Source: Sedimentisphaerales bacterium (lineage in GTDB: Bacteria > Planctomycetota > Phycisphaerae > Sedimentisphaerales > Anaerobacaceae). From it: 64,000 nt of DNA. A program made the translations under genes and the position numbers. Positions 38,738-48,038 of this stretch are shown here, in pieces. The DNA is taken from the NCBI GenBank assembly GCA_963708075.1, contig OY970194.1, forward strand, positions 3,712,001 to 3,776,000, given 5' to 3'. Positions within the stretch are counted from its first letter, which is position 1, and every line of letters begins with the position of its first letter. The notes below the pieces were generated by a model, which was given only the letters and a program-made list of their open reading frames with translations, did not search any database and was not told the DNA's origin.

Positions 38738-40090
38738 TTACATGATCTCTTTCAAACGTCCGCCCATGCTGACGCCATCGGCGGCGGAGGGCAGCACCCC
38801 GACCTTCAGGCCTTGCGGATGGGGCAGCGTCGCATCGAGACCGATGCCGAGCAACTCGTACATGCTCGCAATGAGGTCCACCGGATACACGGGCCGGTCC
38901 TTCACTTCTTCGCCCTTTGCGTCTGTGGCCCCGACCACGCGGCCGCCCTTGAAACCGCCCCCGGCGACCACCGCGGAAAAGACCTTGCCGTAGTGGTTGC
39001 GTCCGCCACTCCAGGGCGGCTCCCACTGGACCTTCGGCGTCCTGCCGAACTCGCCGCTCCACCAGACGATCGTGCTGTCCAGCAGGCCGCGGTCCGACAA
39101 ATCCTGGAGCAGCGTCGCCATCCCTTTGTCCATGTCCGGCAGCATGCGACGCATGCTCTGAAAGTGCTGCTTGTGCGTGTCCCAGCCTTTGTAGTTGATG
39201 GTGACGTAGGGGACGCCCCGCTCGACGAGCCGCCGGGCCATCAGGCAGGATTGGCCAAACGTACTGCGCCCGTACTGATCCCGTAATTCGTTCTTCTCCT
39301 GCGCCAGATCGAACACCTTGGCCCCGTCGCCCAGGATCAGATCATACGCCTGCTTCTCGCACTGCTCCGAGGCTGCTAGTTGCGGATCGCCCTTCATGGC
39401 GTGTTCCAGCGTGTTGAGGTTGTGGAGAAGGTCCCGCCGGCTCTGCTGGCGTTTCTCGGAGATGCCCTGGGCCACGACGCCCTCGACGACAAACGGGTTC
39501 CTGGCCGGGTCGCCGCCCGTGGCGAACGGCTTGCAGCGCGAGCCCAGGAACCCCGCCTCGGAGAACCGCCCCTGCAGGTCGGTCAGCACGATGTAAGGCG
39601 GAATCAGCCCAGTGTATCCGGCATCGTAGCCCTTGAATTGCGAGACGACGGCCCCGACACAGGGATAGACCTCCTTGCCGCCGGGCGCACGGCCGGTCTG
39701 AACCATGTAAGCGGCCGTTTCATGAGAGTTGATGCCGTGGGTCATACTGCGGATGATCGAGTACTTATCGGCCTGCTTGGCCAGGAGGGGAAGCAGCTCA
39801 CCGATGATGATCCCGTCCACGTTGGTGGGGACGGGCTTATTCAGCGAGCCGCAATAGTCATTGCCCGCCTCCGGTTTGGGATCGAACGTATCAAGATGGC
39901 ATGGGCCGCCCCACATCCAGATTTGAATGACAGCCTTGGCCTTCGCGTTTGCAGCGACACCGTCAGGCATTTTATTGGATGCCCTTACGGGCACACTACG
40001 AACAAGACCGTCGCCCAGCGTCAGAGCAGCCGCACCGAAGAGGCCGCGACGTATTGCCTCACGCCTGGAGATTGCTGTGCTCATGGCCAC
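38738..40090 (-). CDS. DUF1501 domain protein with Tat-like signal
   Basis: SRREAI; WMWGGPCHLDTFDPKP; FGQSCLMARRLVERGV; WDTH; GEFGRTP; GRNH. Confidence 0.92.
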   Translation of the reverse strand: MAMSTAISRREAIRRGLFGAAALTLGDGLVRSVPVRASNKMPDGVAANAKAKAVIQIWMWGGPCHLDTFDPKPEAGNDYCGSLNKPVPTNVDGIIIGELLPLLAKQADKYSIIRSMTHGINSHETAAYMVQTGRAPGGKEVYPCVGAVVSQFKGYDAGYTGLIPPYIVLTDLQGRFSEAGFLGSRCKPFATGGDPARNPFVVEGVVAQGISEKRQQSRRDLLHNLNTLEHAMKGDPQLAASEQCEKQAYDLILGDGAKVFDLAQEKNELRDQYGRSTFGQSCLMARRLVERGVPYVTINYKGWDTHKQHFQSMRRMLPDMDKGMATLLQDLSDRGLLDSTIVWWSGEFGRTPKVQWEPPWSGGRNHYGKVFSAVVAGGGFKGGRVVGATDAKGEEVKDRPVYPVDLIASMYELLGIGLDATLPHPQGLKVGVLPSAADGVSMGGRLKEIM

Positions 40091-40112
40091 TGCCCTTCTC
40101 CCTTCTTTCGAA

Positions 40113-41705
40113 TCAGTGCCGATAGAGAAATTCCGCGCCGTTGATCAACGCCCAAGCCAGATCCACGAACGCCTCTCGCCCCCTTCCGCCTCCTGACTGA
40201 GGAGCATACGCCGCAATGACTTTCAGCTCTTCTTCTGTCGGATAACGCGAGAGAATCGTCAGGTAGAGTTCATTGACGATCTCGGGCGGCTTACGCCTGG
40301 ATTGCAGTAGGGATTGCAGCTTCGGCCCCTGCTCGACTTTGCGCTGGACGTGACTCGAATTGAGCATGTGCAGCCGTTGGCCGGCTGTGGGACGGCTGTT
40401 CCGCTCCGACTCCAGTCCGGTGTCACGCGGCGGACGCCCGAACAATTCAAGGAAGGAACTCGTGATGCTGCCATCCGCCAGCGCGATCGATCTCTGATCT
40501 TCGGGAATGAAAGTGAACGGTTCAGGAATCGCGCTGGAGTACTTTTCGGTCGTGCCGGTGATCTGGTTGAGCGCATCGATGAGCACCTCCGCCTCCAGCC
40601 GGCGCAGTGGATAGCTCGCGAAATTGGCCGCAGCTTCAGGCTTGTCGCTGCCAGAGATGGAGGAAAGCTGGTATGTCCGCGAGTTCAGAATCAGCCGATA
40701 GATATGCTTCAGGTCGTAGCGGGCGGCGACCAGTTCCTTCTCCAGGAGAGCCAACAGCTCCGGATTGCTCGGCGGATTGTCCGGCCGGATATCGTCCGGC
40801 TCGTGAACGATGCCGCGTCCCAACAGCCAGGACCAGGTGCGATTCACGATATTCCTCGCAAACCAGGGATTGCCCGGAGCCGTCAGCCAATCCACAAAGA
40901 TCACACGCGGGTCCTGCCCCTGTAGAGACGCAAGATCTTGCGTTTCCACTTTGGTTCCATCCGGAAAGATCGCCGCGGAGAGTCCCGAATTTGAGATCTC
41001 AGATTTCGGATTATCCTGATTCGGATCGAAGAAAACGATCTCCTCTTTCCATTCCCCGGTGTACTTGTAGCCGACCTGTGAGAAGAAGACGGCCATGGCC
41101 GACCAGCGATCCTTCGGCCAGCCCTCCGCCCGCACCCCCATAAATGTCAACGCCACGGCCTGTGCCAGGGCCTGCGGCTCCTTGCTCTGAGCGGCTCGGT
41201 AGAAGTTCACCTGAGGCACACGGAAATTGCTGCCGCTGGCCGTCAGCATCTCCCGGACGAACCGGTCATAGGGCATGTCCTCCTTGATGCAGGTTCGAAT
41301 CCAGCGGTGGTAGCCCTGCACGGCGTTGGGCCACAGGTTGATTGGGAACTCCGACTTGACGCGCAGCAGGTCGCTCCACTTCATCGCCCAGTAGTCGGCG
41401 AACTCCTCTCGCTCCAGCAGGCGATCGATCAGGACGCTGCGCTTGTTGGGGTCTTTGTCCGACAGAAAGGCTCTGGCTTCCTGGGCAGTGGGCAGTGTGC
41501 CGATCACGTCCAGGTAAGCCCGTCGGACAAACACGGCATCCGAGCATAGATTGGCGGGCTGAATGCCCAACTGCTCCAACCGGCCGAAAACCAGCTCATC
41601 GATCCGGCCATGGGGCACCGGCGGAGCAGGGTCCTCGTAGGGGCGGGTTTCAAACCCGCCCGCATTGGTCAGCACGAACGCCAGAATCAACAACACCCTT
41701 GCCAT
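40113..41705 (-). CDS. DUF1549/DUF1553 (PSCyt2/PSD1) domain protein
   Basis: FVRRAYLDVIGTLPT, MPYDRFVRE, NPWFARNIVNR.W..LLGRGIV, NPPSNPELL, RRLEAE, FGRPPR, DLAWALIN..EF. Confidence 0.92.
   Translation of the reverse strand: MARVLLILAFVLTNAGGFETRPYEDPAPPVPHGRIDELVFGRLEQLGIQPANLCSDAVFVRRAYLDVIGTLPTAQEARAFLSDKDPNKRSVLIDRLLEREEFADYWAMKWSDLLRVKSEFPINLWPNAVQGYHRWIRTCIKEDMPYDRFVREMLTASGSNFRVPQVNFYRAAQSKEPQALAQAVALTFMGVRAEGWPKDRWSAMAVFFSQVGYKYTGEWKEEIVFFDPNQDNPKSEISNSGLSAAIFPDGTKVETQDLASLQGQDPRVIFVDWLTAPGNPWFARNIVNRTWSWLLGRGIVHEPDDIRPDNPPSNPELLALLEKELVAARYDLKHIYRLILNSRTYQLSSISGSDKPEAAANFASYPLRRLEAEVLIDALNQITGTTEKYSSAIPEPFTFIPEDQRSIALADGSITSSFLELFGRPPRDTGLESERNSRPTAGQRLHMLNSSHVQRKVEQGPKLQSLLQSRRKPPEIVNELYLTILSRYPTEEELKVIAAYAPQSGGGRGREAFVDLAWALINGAEFLYRH
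40922..40949. repeat. GTAG-type REP-like palindrome family C, in frame inside CDS (VETQDLASLQ)
   Basis: GTAGAGACGCAAGATCTTGCGTTTCCAC, near-perfect 28-bp palindrome. Confidence 0.82.
40986..41013. repeat. Heptamer array in frame inside CDS (NPKSEISNS)
   Basis: cgaattt-gagatct-cagattt-cggatta. Confidence 0.78.
41637..41665. repeat. REP-like palindrome family A, in frame inside CDS (NAGGFETRPY)
   Basis: GTAGGGGCGGGTTTCAAACCCGCCCGCAT, directly after the hydrophobic signal segment. Confidence 0.9.
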
Positions 41706-41797
41706 GCTTCACGAGAATTCCATATTACCAAAGGGCGACCACAGACCGTCCTCCCTTGTCAGGACGTTCAACAAGTCTGGCAAATTGCAGGAAAGAG

Positions 41798-41848
41798 AGC
41801 TGCCGGTTCACGGTTCTCAGTCCACTGCCAACTGAGAACTGCCAACTA
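41798..41848. repeat. Inverted pair of heptamer arrays overlapping the stop of the aldo/keto reductase gene
   Basis: agctgcc-ggttcac-ggttctc-agt ... actgcca-actgaga-actgcca-acta; same unit family as 28597..28656. Confidence 0.8.
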
Positions 41849-42808
41849 TGCGTTGATCGCTCTATCTATTCGCCGGATCGTGTCGTCCACTTCCTTCGGC
41901 TTCATCATCCCGATGGTCACCGCGTCCACCAGTTGGTTCTGGAACACGTACCGCAGCGAGGCGTCCATCCGGTCGGGTCTGGCCAACTTTCCCGCTCCAA
42001 AGAGCTTCATGCCGACAACAATTTTGCCGTTGGCGCGGGCCTGCTTGAGAATGGGCGCCACCTCTTCCGGTGAGCCATCCATCTCCGCGTCCTTGCCCAC
42101 GTTGTTGATCCGGGCGATGAAGACATCCACCCAGGGATGGGCCGCCGCCACTTTCAGGGCGCCGACGTCGTGACAGGAGACACCCACGGCCCGCACGACG
42201 CCTTTCTGTTTGAGCTCGGACAGCTCGTCGCGGATGCGCTCGAACTCCTTCGGCCAGTCGGCGTTCTGCATGCAGTGGATCAGGCAGACGTCGAGGACAT
42301 CGGTGTTGAGTTCCTTGCGGAAGCGATCCACCTCCTCTTTGGCGCCGCCGGAAGGCGAGTTCCAGTACTCCTTCCTCGGCCAGATCTTGCTCGACAGGAT
42401 GTACTTGTCCCGCGGCACGCCCTTCAGAGCTGTCCCGACGTACGGATGGGCTCCATAAAGATCTGCGGTATCGATGAATGCGACCCCCTGGTCAATGCTG
42501 TGGCGAAGCAACTCGGTAAACGCCTTTTCCCCCAGCCGGGTGTGGGCGGAGGACCGTCCCCCGCCGTTCCACCCCGTGCCGTGTGCGATACGGGTGGCCT
42601 TAATGCCGGTCGGGCCCAATGTCACGATATCCGTGGCGCGGGACTTGCCGGAGGTCTTGCGTTTCTCGGCCCCGGCCAGCAGGCTGGACTGAGCCATCAC
42701 GGCCCCCGCACCAACAAGGGCGGTGGCGAGAAACCGGCGGCGGCTCTGTGAGAATTCAGATTTCAAATTTCGGATTTCGAGATTCTGGCAAGGTTTCTGA
42801 TCGTACAT
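41846..42808 (-). CDS. Aldo/keto reductase family protein with Tat-like signal
   Basis: SRRRFL; IDTADLYG; SSK; CLIH; AVGVSCH; GMK; GAAAGGA RBS before ATG 42808. Confidence 0.9.
   Translation of the reverse strand: MYDQKPCQNLEIRNLKSEFSQSRRRFLATALVGAGAVMAQSSLLAGAEKRKTSGKSRATDIVTLGPTGIKATRIAHGTGWNGGGRSSAHTRLGEKAFTELLRHSIDQGVAFIDTADLYGAHPYVGTALKGVPRDKYILSSKIWPRKEYWNSPSGGAKEEVDRFRKELNTDVLDVCLIHCMQNADWPKEFERIRDELSELKQKGVVRAVGVSCHDVGALKVAAAHPWVDVFIARINNVGKDAEMDGSPEEVAPILKQARANGKIVVGMKLFGAGKLARPDRMDASLRYVFQNQLVDAVTIGMMKPKEVDDTIRRIDRAINA
42750..42784. repeat. Heptamer array in frame in the signal n-region (QNLEIRNLKSEF)
   Basis: gagaatt-cagattt-caaattt-cggattt-cgagatt. Confidence 0.82.
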
Positions 42809-42830
42809 GGAACGATTCCTTTCAAATGGA

Positions 42831-45461
42831 TTACTTGTCACCAAGGCGTTTGATTCTCATGTTGCGATACCAGACGGGCCGGCCATGGTCCTGCAGGCCG
42901 ACATAACCGACGCGGGCAAAGTCCTTAATGGCTCGCGGGAACTTGTTCGACGTCCCGTCAGGGTTCTCTCGCGGCTTGACCCACCGGTCCACATCCATGT
43001 TGATGACCTGCTCACCATTGAGCACGACTTCGACGCGATTGCCCTTGCAGGTCAGCGTACAGCGGTTCCATTCGCCGGGCGGCTTAATGGCATTCTTCGA
43101 CGGTTCCTGGCAGTCGTAAACGGCGCCGGCGGTGCCGGTCTTGCTGAGTTTCTCCCGACCGTACGAGTTGGCCACCTGGACCTCGATGCCCGTATAAACC
43201 GGGTCTTTCACATCCGAGGTGCGAAAGAAGATGCCGCTGTTCGTGCCGTCCACGACCTTGAACTCCAGATCGAGGACGAAATCGCCGTAGGTGTCCTTCG
43301 TCCAGAGGTAATCGAAGTTATGCTCCTGGCCGTCCATCGCTCGGCGAACGGTCAGGATCCCATCCTGGACGATCCAGGAATTGTCCGGCCCGGTCGTCCA
43401 ACCGGCCAAGTCCCGGCCATTGAACAAGGTCACGAAGCTTTCGGCATCAGTCTTGAGCCCGGCGGCCTGCGGTCGATCCTTCTCAGTGAGCGGTCGAATG
43501 AGGAGATTGCGGAATTGGACCAGACTGGAGGCGGGACCCTGTTGGCCGGTCTTGGGATCGATGCCGCCGTGATGTTGCAGGCCGATGGGACCACGCTCAG
43601 GCAAGCCGGGCACCTGGGCATCTTCGATGACGAGATTGCCGTTGAGCATCACCGTGACGCGGTCGCCGACCACGGTGATGTCCATCGAATTCCACTGCCC
43701 AACTGGACGGTCCGCCGGTTCCTTCGGCACGACGGCGGCTCGCTGCGCCGGCGTCAGGCTCTTATCATTGCGGATGGACCACATCTCCCCGGAGCCAACC
43801 GGCCAGCACCACAGATTGACCTGTCCCCGGCCTGAGCCACGAAGGAGGATGCCGGAATCCGCATTGGGAGTCGGAGTCTCGATCACCTTGCCGCCGGCAT
43901 CGGTCTTGTACGAGCCGTCGGGCAGGATCGCAGGCATCGGGTACAGGTCGGAGGTCCCCTTGAATCGCCACTCCACGTGGAGGGCGAAATCACCGAATGA
44001 CTCCTGCGTCCACAGGTTCTTGTCACCCTTGGCTTCAGACTGAGCATCGTAATCGATCACGCCATCAATGACCTTCCAGTGCCCATTGTCCCCTTCGGGC
44101 ACCTTCCAGCCAGCAAGGTCCTTGCTATTGAAAAGGACCTGGTATGCAGGCCATTCCCGCCACGTGGGATACATCTCTTCCTGCGCGAGCTTGTGGAGCC
44201 GGGGCGGCGTGGGCGGATTGCCGTGGTTGTAGAAGATATACAGGCCGCCTTTGCCCGCGATCACGATGTCGTTGCGGCCGTCCCTGTTCATGTCGGCGAT
44301 GTTGAGCTTCATGCCGGCGCTGACCACATAATTGGGTGGCGGATTGATGCCCCCTTCCTCGGGATAGTACGGCAGATGATTGTATGAGAGGACGTGCCGC
44401 TCGAATTTCCCACCCTGGATGTCGTACCAGAAGGTATAGAGAGGGTCGAACGCTCCGATGTCCCGGCCGTGGTGGGCGAAGAGCCGCTTGCCGGTCACGA
44501 GGTCGGGCTTGCCATCGCCATTGAGATCGCCCATGGCGAAGGTGTGGAATTGGCTGTAGTCGGTCTCCACCCAGTGCGTCGTGAAGGTGCGTTTGCCCGC
44601 GGCGTCCACTTTCTGCTGAAGCCAGGCCATGCCGTAGTTGTGGGAGGCGCCGATGATGATGTCGTTGCGGCCGTCCTGGTCCACATCGTGGATGATGATC
44701 GGGTGCGACGCCGGCCCGCCCAGACCCTTATCCGCCTTGAACTCGTAGTCCGCGTGGAAGGTCCACGGCGTATCACTCGCCCGCTGCGGCTGCTCGTACC
44801 AGCCGATCTGCGTCACGATATCCACGCGCCTGTCGCCATTGATGTCGCCCATGCCGTTGCCGTGCACGTCGCCCTGGGTCCCCACGACATGTTCCACGAA
44901 CCACGGGGCCTTGTCGATGTGCTCCAGCCACGTCATGCCCTGGCCTTTGACCAGTGCCCAGTGATTGCACAGAATATCGTCATCGCCATCGCCATCGATG
45001 TCCCCGTGGATTACGCCCTCCATATTGATCGCCTGGTGGATGCGGGTGGACTTCCACACCACGTCCTTCTTGCCGGGATTCTCATACCAGAACGCCCCTT
45101 TGAGGAACATCCAGCCGGAGCTGACGATGTCCATCCGGCCGTCGAAGTTGACGTCCATGGCGAACTCGCTGTTGTCGTCCGTCTCCGGCCCGTTGGTCTC
45201 AGCCCCGTCTCGGAAGTCCGCGTGCTTGACCCAATCGGGCGCCTCGTACCAGTTGCGCCCCGCCGCGATATCCAGGTCCCCATCGCCGTCGAAGTCCAGC
45301 ACCGACGCACACTCACAGAACGGCCCGAACCAGTAGCTGTTGCGGCCCGGATCGTGAATAGGCCCGTCGATCTTGGTCGGGATAAAGATCACCTCCGCCG
45401 CCTGCACAGGCACCGCCATCATTATCGCCACAGCAATCCACAGCCACTTCTTTCCCGGCAT
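42831..45461 (-). CDS. FG-GAP/VCBS repeat beta-propeller fused to two DUF1080 domains
   Basis: Repeated D.(D/N)GDG..DI motifs; two LFN.(K/R)DLAGW...SGI...GLQ.HG...RN blocks; signal peptide. Confidence 0.9.
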   Translation of the reverse strand: MPGKKWLWIAVAIMMAVPVQAAEVIFIPTKIDGPIHDPGRNSYWFGPFCECASVLDFDGDGDLDIAAGRNWYEAPDWVKHADFRDGAETNGPETDDNSEFAMDVNFDGRMDIVSSGWMFLKGAFWYENPGKKDVVWKSTRIHQAINMEGVIHGDIDGDGDDDILCNHWALVKGQGMTWLEHIDKAPWFVEHVVGTQGDVHGNGMGDINGDRRVDIVTQIGWYEQPQRASDTPWTFHADYEFKADKGLGGPASHPIIIHDVDQDGRNDIIIGASHNYGMAWLQQKVDAAGKRTFTTHWVETDYSQFHTFAMGDLNGDGKPDLVTGKRLFAHHGRDIGAFDPLYTFWYDIQGGKFERHVLSYNHLPYYPEEGGINPPPNYVVSAGMKLNIADMNRDGRNDIVIAGKGGLYIFYNHGNPPTPPRLHKLAQEEMYPTWREWPAYQVLFNSKDLAGWKVPEGDNGHWKVIDGVIDYDAQSEAKGDKNLWTQESFGDFALHVEWRFKGTSDLYPMPAILPDGSYKTDAGGKVIETPTPNADSGILLRGSGRGQVNLWCWPVGSGEMWSIRNDKSLTPAQRAAVVPKEPADRPVGQWNSMDITVVGDRVTVMLNGNLVIEDAQVPGLPERGPIGLQHHGGIDPKTGQQGPASSLVQFRNLLIRPLTEKDRPQAAGLKTDAESFVTLFNGRDLAGWTTGPDNSWIVQDGILTVRRAMDGQEHNFDYLWTKDTYGDFVLDLEFKVVDGTNSGIFFRTSDVKDPVYTGIEVQVANSYGREKLSKTGTAGAVYDCQEPSKNAIKPPGEWNRCTLTCKGNRVEVVLNGEQVINMDVDRWVKPRENPDGTSNKFPRAIKDFARVGYVGLQDHGRPVWYRNMRIKRLGDK

Positions 45462-45723
45462 AGTCACTCCCCTTGCATTACTCCTGATTGAGTTGAACAG
45501 CGATGATGTCCATAAGGCCGCCTCACGACAGCGTCGAACGTGGCACGCTCGATACACCGATGCCTCATGCTAATCCCCGCAGACAGAAGCGTCAACGATG
45601 TTTCTTGCTGGCCAACTCGTCCGACACACAGTAAGATGGCCCCGGCCCGACAACCGCAGGCACGTAAATCCGAGATTGCCTGCAGCCAGGCCTGGGAACG
45701 GTTCCATACTAAGGAGATACCCA

Positions 45724-46986
45724 ATGACTGCCATGCCCCTGAACGTCCGAATCCGCCTGAGTATCATGATGTTCCTCCAGTACATGATGTTCGCCGCCTG
45801 GTGGGTGCAACTGGCGGCATACCTTGCCAAGACCGGCGTCGCGACCAACCTGCAGGGCTGGATCCTCAGTAGCATGCCCCTGGGCAGCCTGGTCTCGCCG
45901 ATCTTCTGCATGATCGCGGATCGCCATTTCGCCAGTCAGAAGGTGCTGATGGTCCTGAACCTTGCCTGTGCCGGTCTGCTATTCCTCGCAGCCCTGCAGG
46001 GCAATCCGACCATCCTGTTCGTGATCCTGCTGCTGGCGATGCTCTGCTATATGCCGACCTGGAGCCTGACCAGCGCGGTAGCGATGGCCAACGCCCCTTC
46101 GGACAAGTTCCCTCAGATTCGAGTGTTCGGGTCGATTGGTTGGGCGGCAGCCATGGTGTTCAGTCTCGCAGCGGATAAGCTCTTCAACGGCACAAAGATC
46201 GACGGCACCGCCATCCCTCTGTACTGTGGCGCCGGCACGGCCCTCGTGGCGGCCCTGCTGAATTTGACCCTGCCCAACACGCCTCCGCCGGCCAAGGGCA
46301 AGCCGGCTTCGATTATCGACGTCCTTGGCCTCCGCGCACTAGGCCTTCTGAAAAGCGGCAATTTCGCCTTCTTCATGCTCATCTCCATGCTGGCGATGGT
46401 CCCATTCACGATGTACTTCTCATTCGCGTCGCAATTTTTTATGAGCCAGGGCTTCACGCAGGTGACGGCGATCATGAGCTGGGGCCAAATCGCAGAGATC
46501 TTGATCATGCTTCTGGTTCCGATCGCATTGACACGCTACGGCGCTAAGTGGGCGATCACCGCGGGCCTTGGGATGCTGCTGGTGCGCTATATGGCGTTCA
46601 TGGCCGGCAGCACATTCGATCAGATATGGCTGTACTATGTGGCCATTCTCGTGCACGGCGCCATTTTCGGCTTCTTCATCGTCGGCGGCCAAGTGTACGT
46701 GGACAAGAAGGCACCACCGGAGATCAAGGCCCAGGCACAGGGACTGGTTGGACTGCTCCTGTTCGGCGTAGGCATGCTCATCGGCACGCTCTCCAGTGGA
46801 AAGCTGATCGGAATGTACACAACCGACAAAGGCACCAACTGGAACACAATCTGGCTCATCCTCATGGTAATGAGCGCGGTCCTGTGCGCGGCGTTCTGGC
46901 TGCTCTTCCGAGACGATGTCCTGAAGAAGGTCGCACCGGCAGCCCCGCTGGCCGGTCTCGATCAGGCAGAGGTGGCTAAGGCGTAA
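45724..46986 (+). CDS. MFS transporter, nucleoside:H+ symporter-like (NupG/XapB/YegT family)
   Basis: LSIMMFLQY, IADRHFASQK, CYMPT, FPQIRVFGSIGW, GQIAE, VHG..FGFF, QAQG. Confidence 0.88.
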   Translation: MTAMPLNVRIRLSIMMFLQYMMFAAWWVQLAAYLAKTGVATNLQGWILSSMPLGSLVSPIFCMIADRHFASQKVLMVLNLACAGLLFLAALQGNPTILFVILLLAMLCYMPTWSLTSAVAMANAPSDKFPQIRVFGSIGWAAAMVFSLAADKLFNGTKIDGTAIPLYCGAGTALVAALLNLTLPNTPPPAKGKPASIIDVLGLRALGLLKSGNFAFFMLISMLAMVPFTMYFSFASQFFMSQGFTQVTAIMSWGQIAEILIMLLVPIALTRYGAKWAITAGLGMLLVRYMAFMAGSTFDQIWLYYVAILVHGAIFGFFIVGGQVYVDKKAPPEIKAQAQGLVGLLLFGVGMLIGTLSSGKLIGMYTTDKGTNWNTIWLILMVMSAVLCAAFWLLFRDDVLKKVAPAAPLAGLDQAEVAKA

Positions 46987-46996
46987 GGGGCGGGAG

Positions 46997-48022
46997 ATGG
47001 AGAAGCTGGGCGCTGGGATCATTGGCTGCGGGGCGGTGGCGGAAGAGTATGTGAAGGCCTTTCAGGCCGACAGCCGGTCGGAAGTCCGGGCGCTGGTCAG
47101 CCGCAATCGCGCCAACGCGGAACGGTATCGTGACAGGTACGACCTCAAGTGCGCGATTGAGACCGATGCCGCGGCCATGCTTCGCATGAAGAATGTCGAT
47201 ATCGTTGTGGTGTGCACGCCGCATGATACGCACACTGCCTACGTCGTCGCGGCGGCGGAGGCCGGCAAGCACGTGATCATCGAGAAGCCTGTGGCGCTGA
47301 CTGTAGAGGATGTGCGGAAGCAGAGACAGGCCGTGAGCAGGAACAAGGTCAAGACGATTGTGAGCTTCGTGCTGCATTGGAACCCCCTGCTCATGACCGT
47401 TGATCGATTGATCGGCCAAGGCGCATTGGGCAACATCTTCATGGTCGAAGTGGACTATATGCACCGGATCTGGATGACGCCGGAGCAGAAATGGCTGGGC
47501 AGCAGCAAGCAGAGCGGCACGGCCATCCTCACGGGCGGCTGTCACGCCGTCGACGCGCTGCGATGGTTCGCACGCAGCGAGGCCGAGGAGGTGTCCGCAT
47601 ACCAGGTGAAGACGGAGAACCCCATCGAGTACCCCGGCACGATCTCCGTGAACGTCAAGTTTCGAGACGGCAAGGTGGGCCGGACGACCACCACCTTTGA
47701 TGCAAGGATGCCCTACGTTTTCAATATCGGCGTCTACGGCACCGAAGGCTCCATCCGCAATGACAGGGTGTTTGCACCGAAATTGTTCCCCGGCCAGAGC
47801 AATTTCCTTCAGGTCCCCTGCATCCTGCCTGAAAGCGCCGACGTCTCCCACCATCCTTTCCGGGCCGAGGTGTCCCATTTCCTCGATTGCATCATTGGAG
47901 ACAAGCGGCCGTTCCCGGACCTGGAGGACGCGGCCAAGACGCACGCCATTTGTTTCGCCGCCGATCTTTCGGCCGAACGGGGCAGGCCCGTGAAGCTCAG
48001 CGAGCTCGATGCCTCCATGTGA
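46997..48022 (+). CDS. Gfo/Idh/MocA family oxidoreductase
   Basis: IIGCG, VCTP...H, GKHVIIEKP, GCHAVD. Confidence 0.92.
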   Translation: MEKLGAGIIGCGAVAEEYVKAFQADSRSEVRALVSRNRANAERYRDRYDLKCAIETDAAAMLRMKNVDIVVVCTPHDTHTAYVVAAAEAGKHVIIEKPVALTVEDVRKQRQAVSRNKVKTIVSFVLHWNPLLMTVDRLIGQGALGNIFMVEVDYMHRIWMTPEQKWLGSSKQSGTAILTGGCHAVDALRWFARSEAEEVSAYQVKTENPIEYPGTISVNVKFRDGKVGRTTTTFDARMPYVFNIGVYGTEGSIRNDRVFAPKLFPGQSNFLQVPCILPESADVSHHPFRAEVSHFLDCIIGDKRPFPDLEDAAKTHAICFAADLSAERGRPVKLSELDASM

Positions 48023-48038
48023 GGGACGTGAGGTCGAT

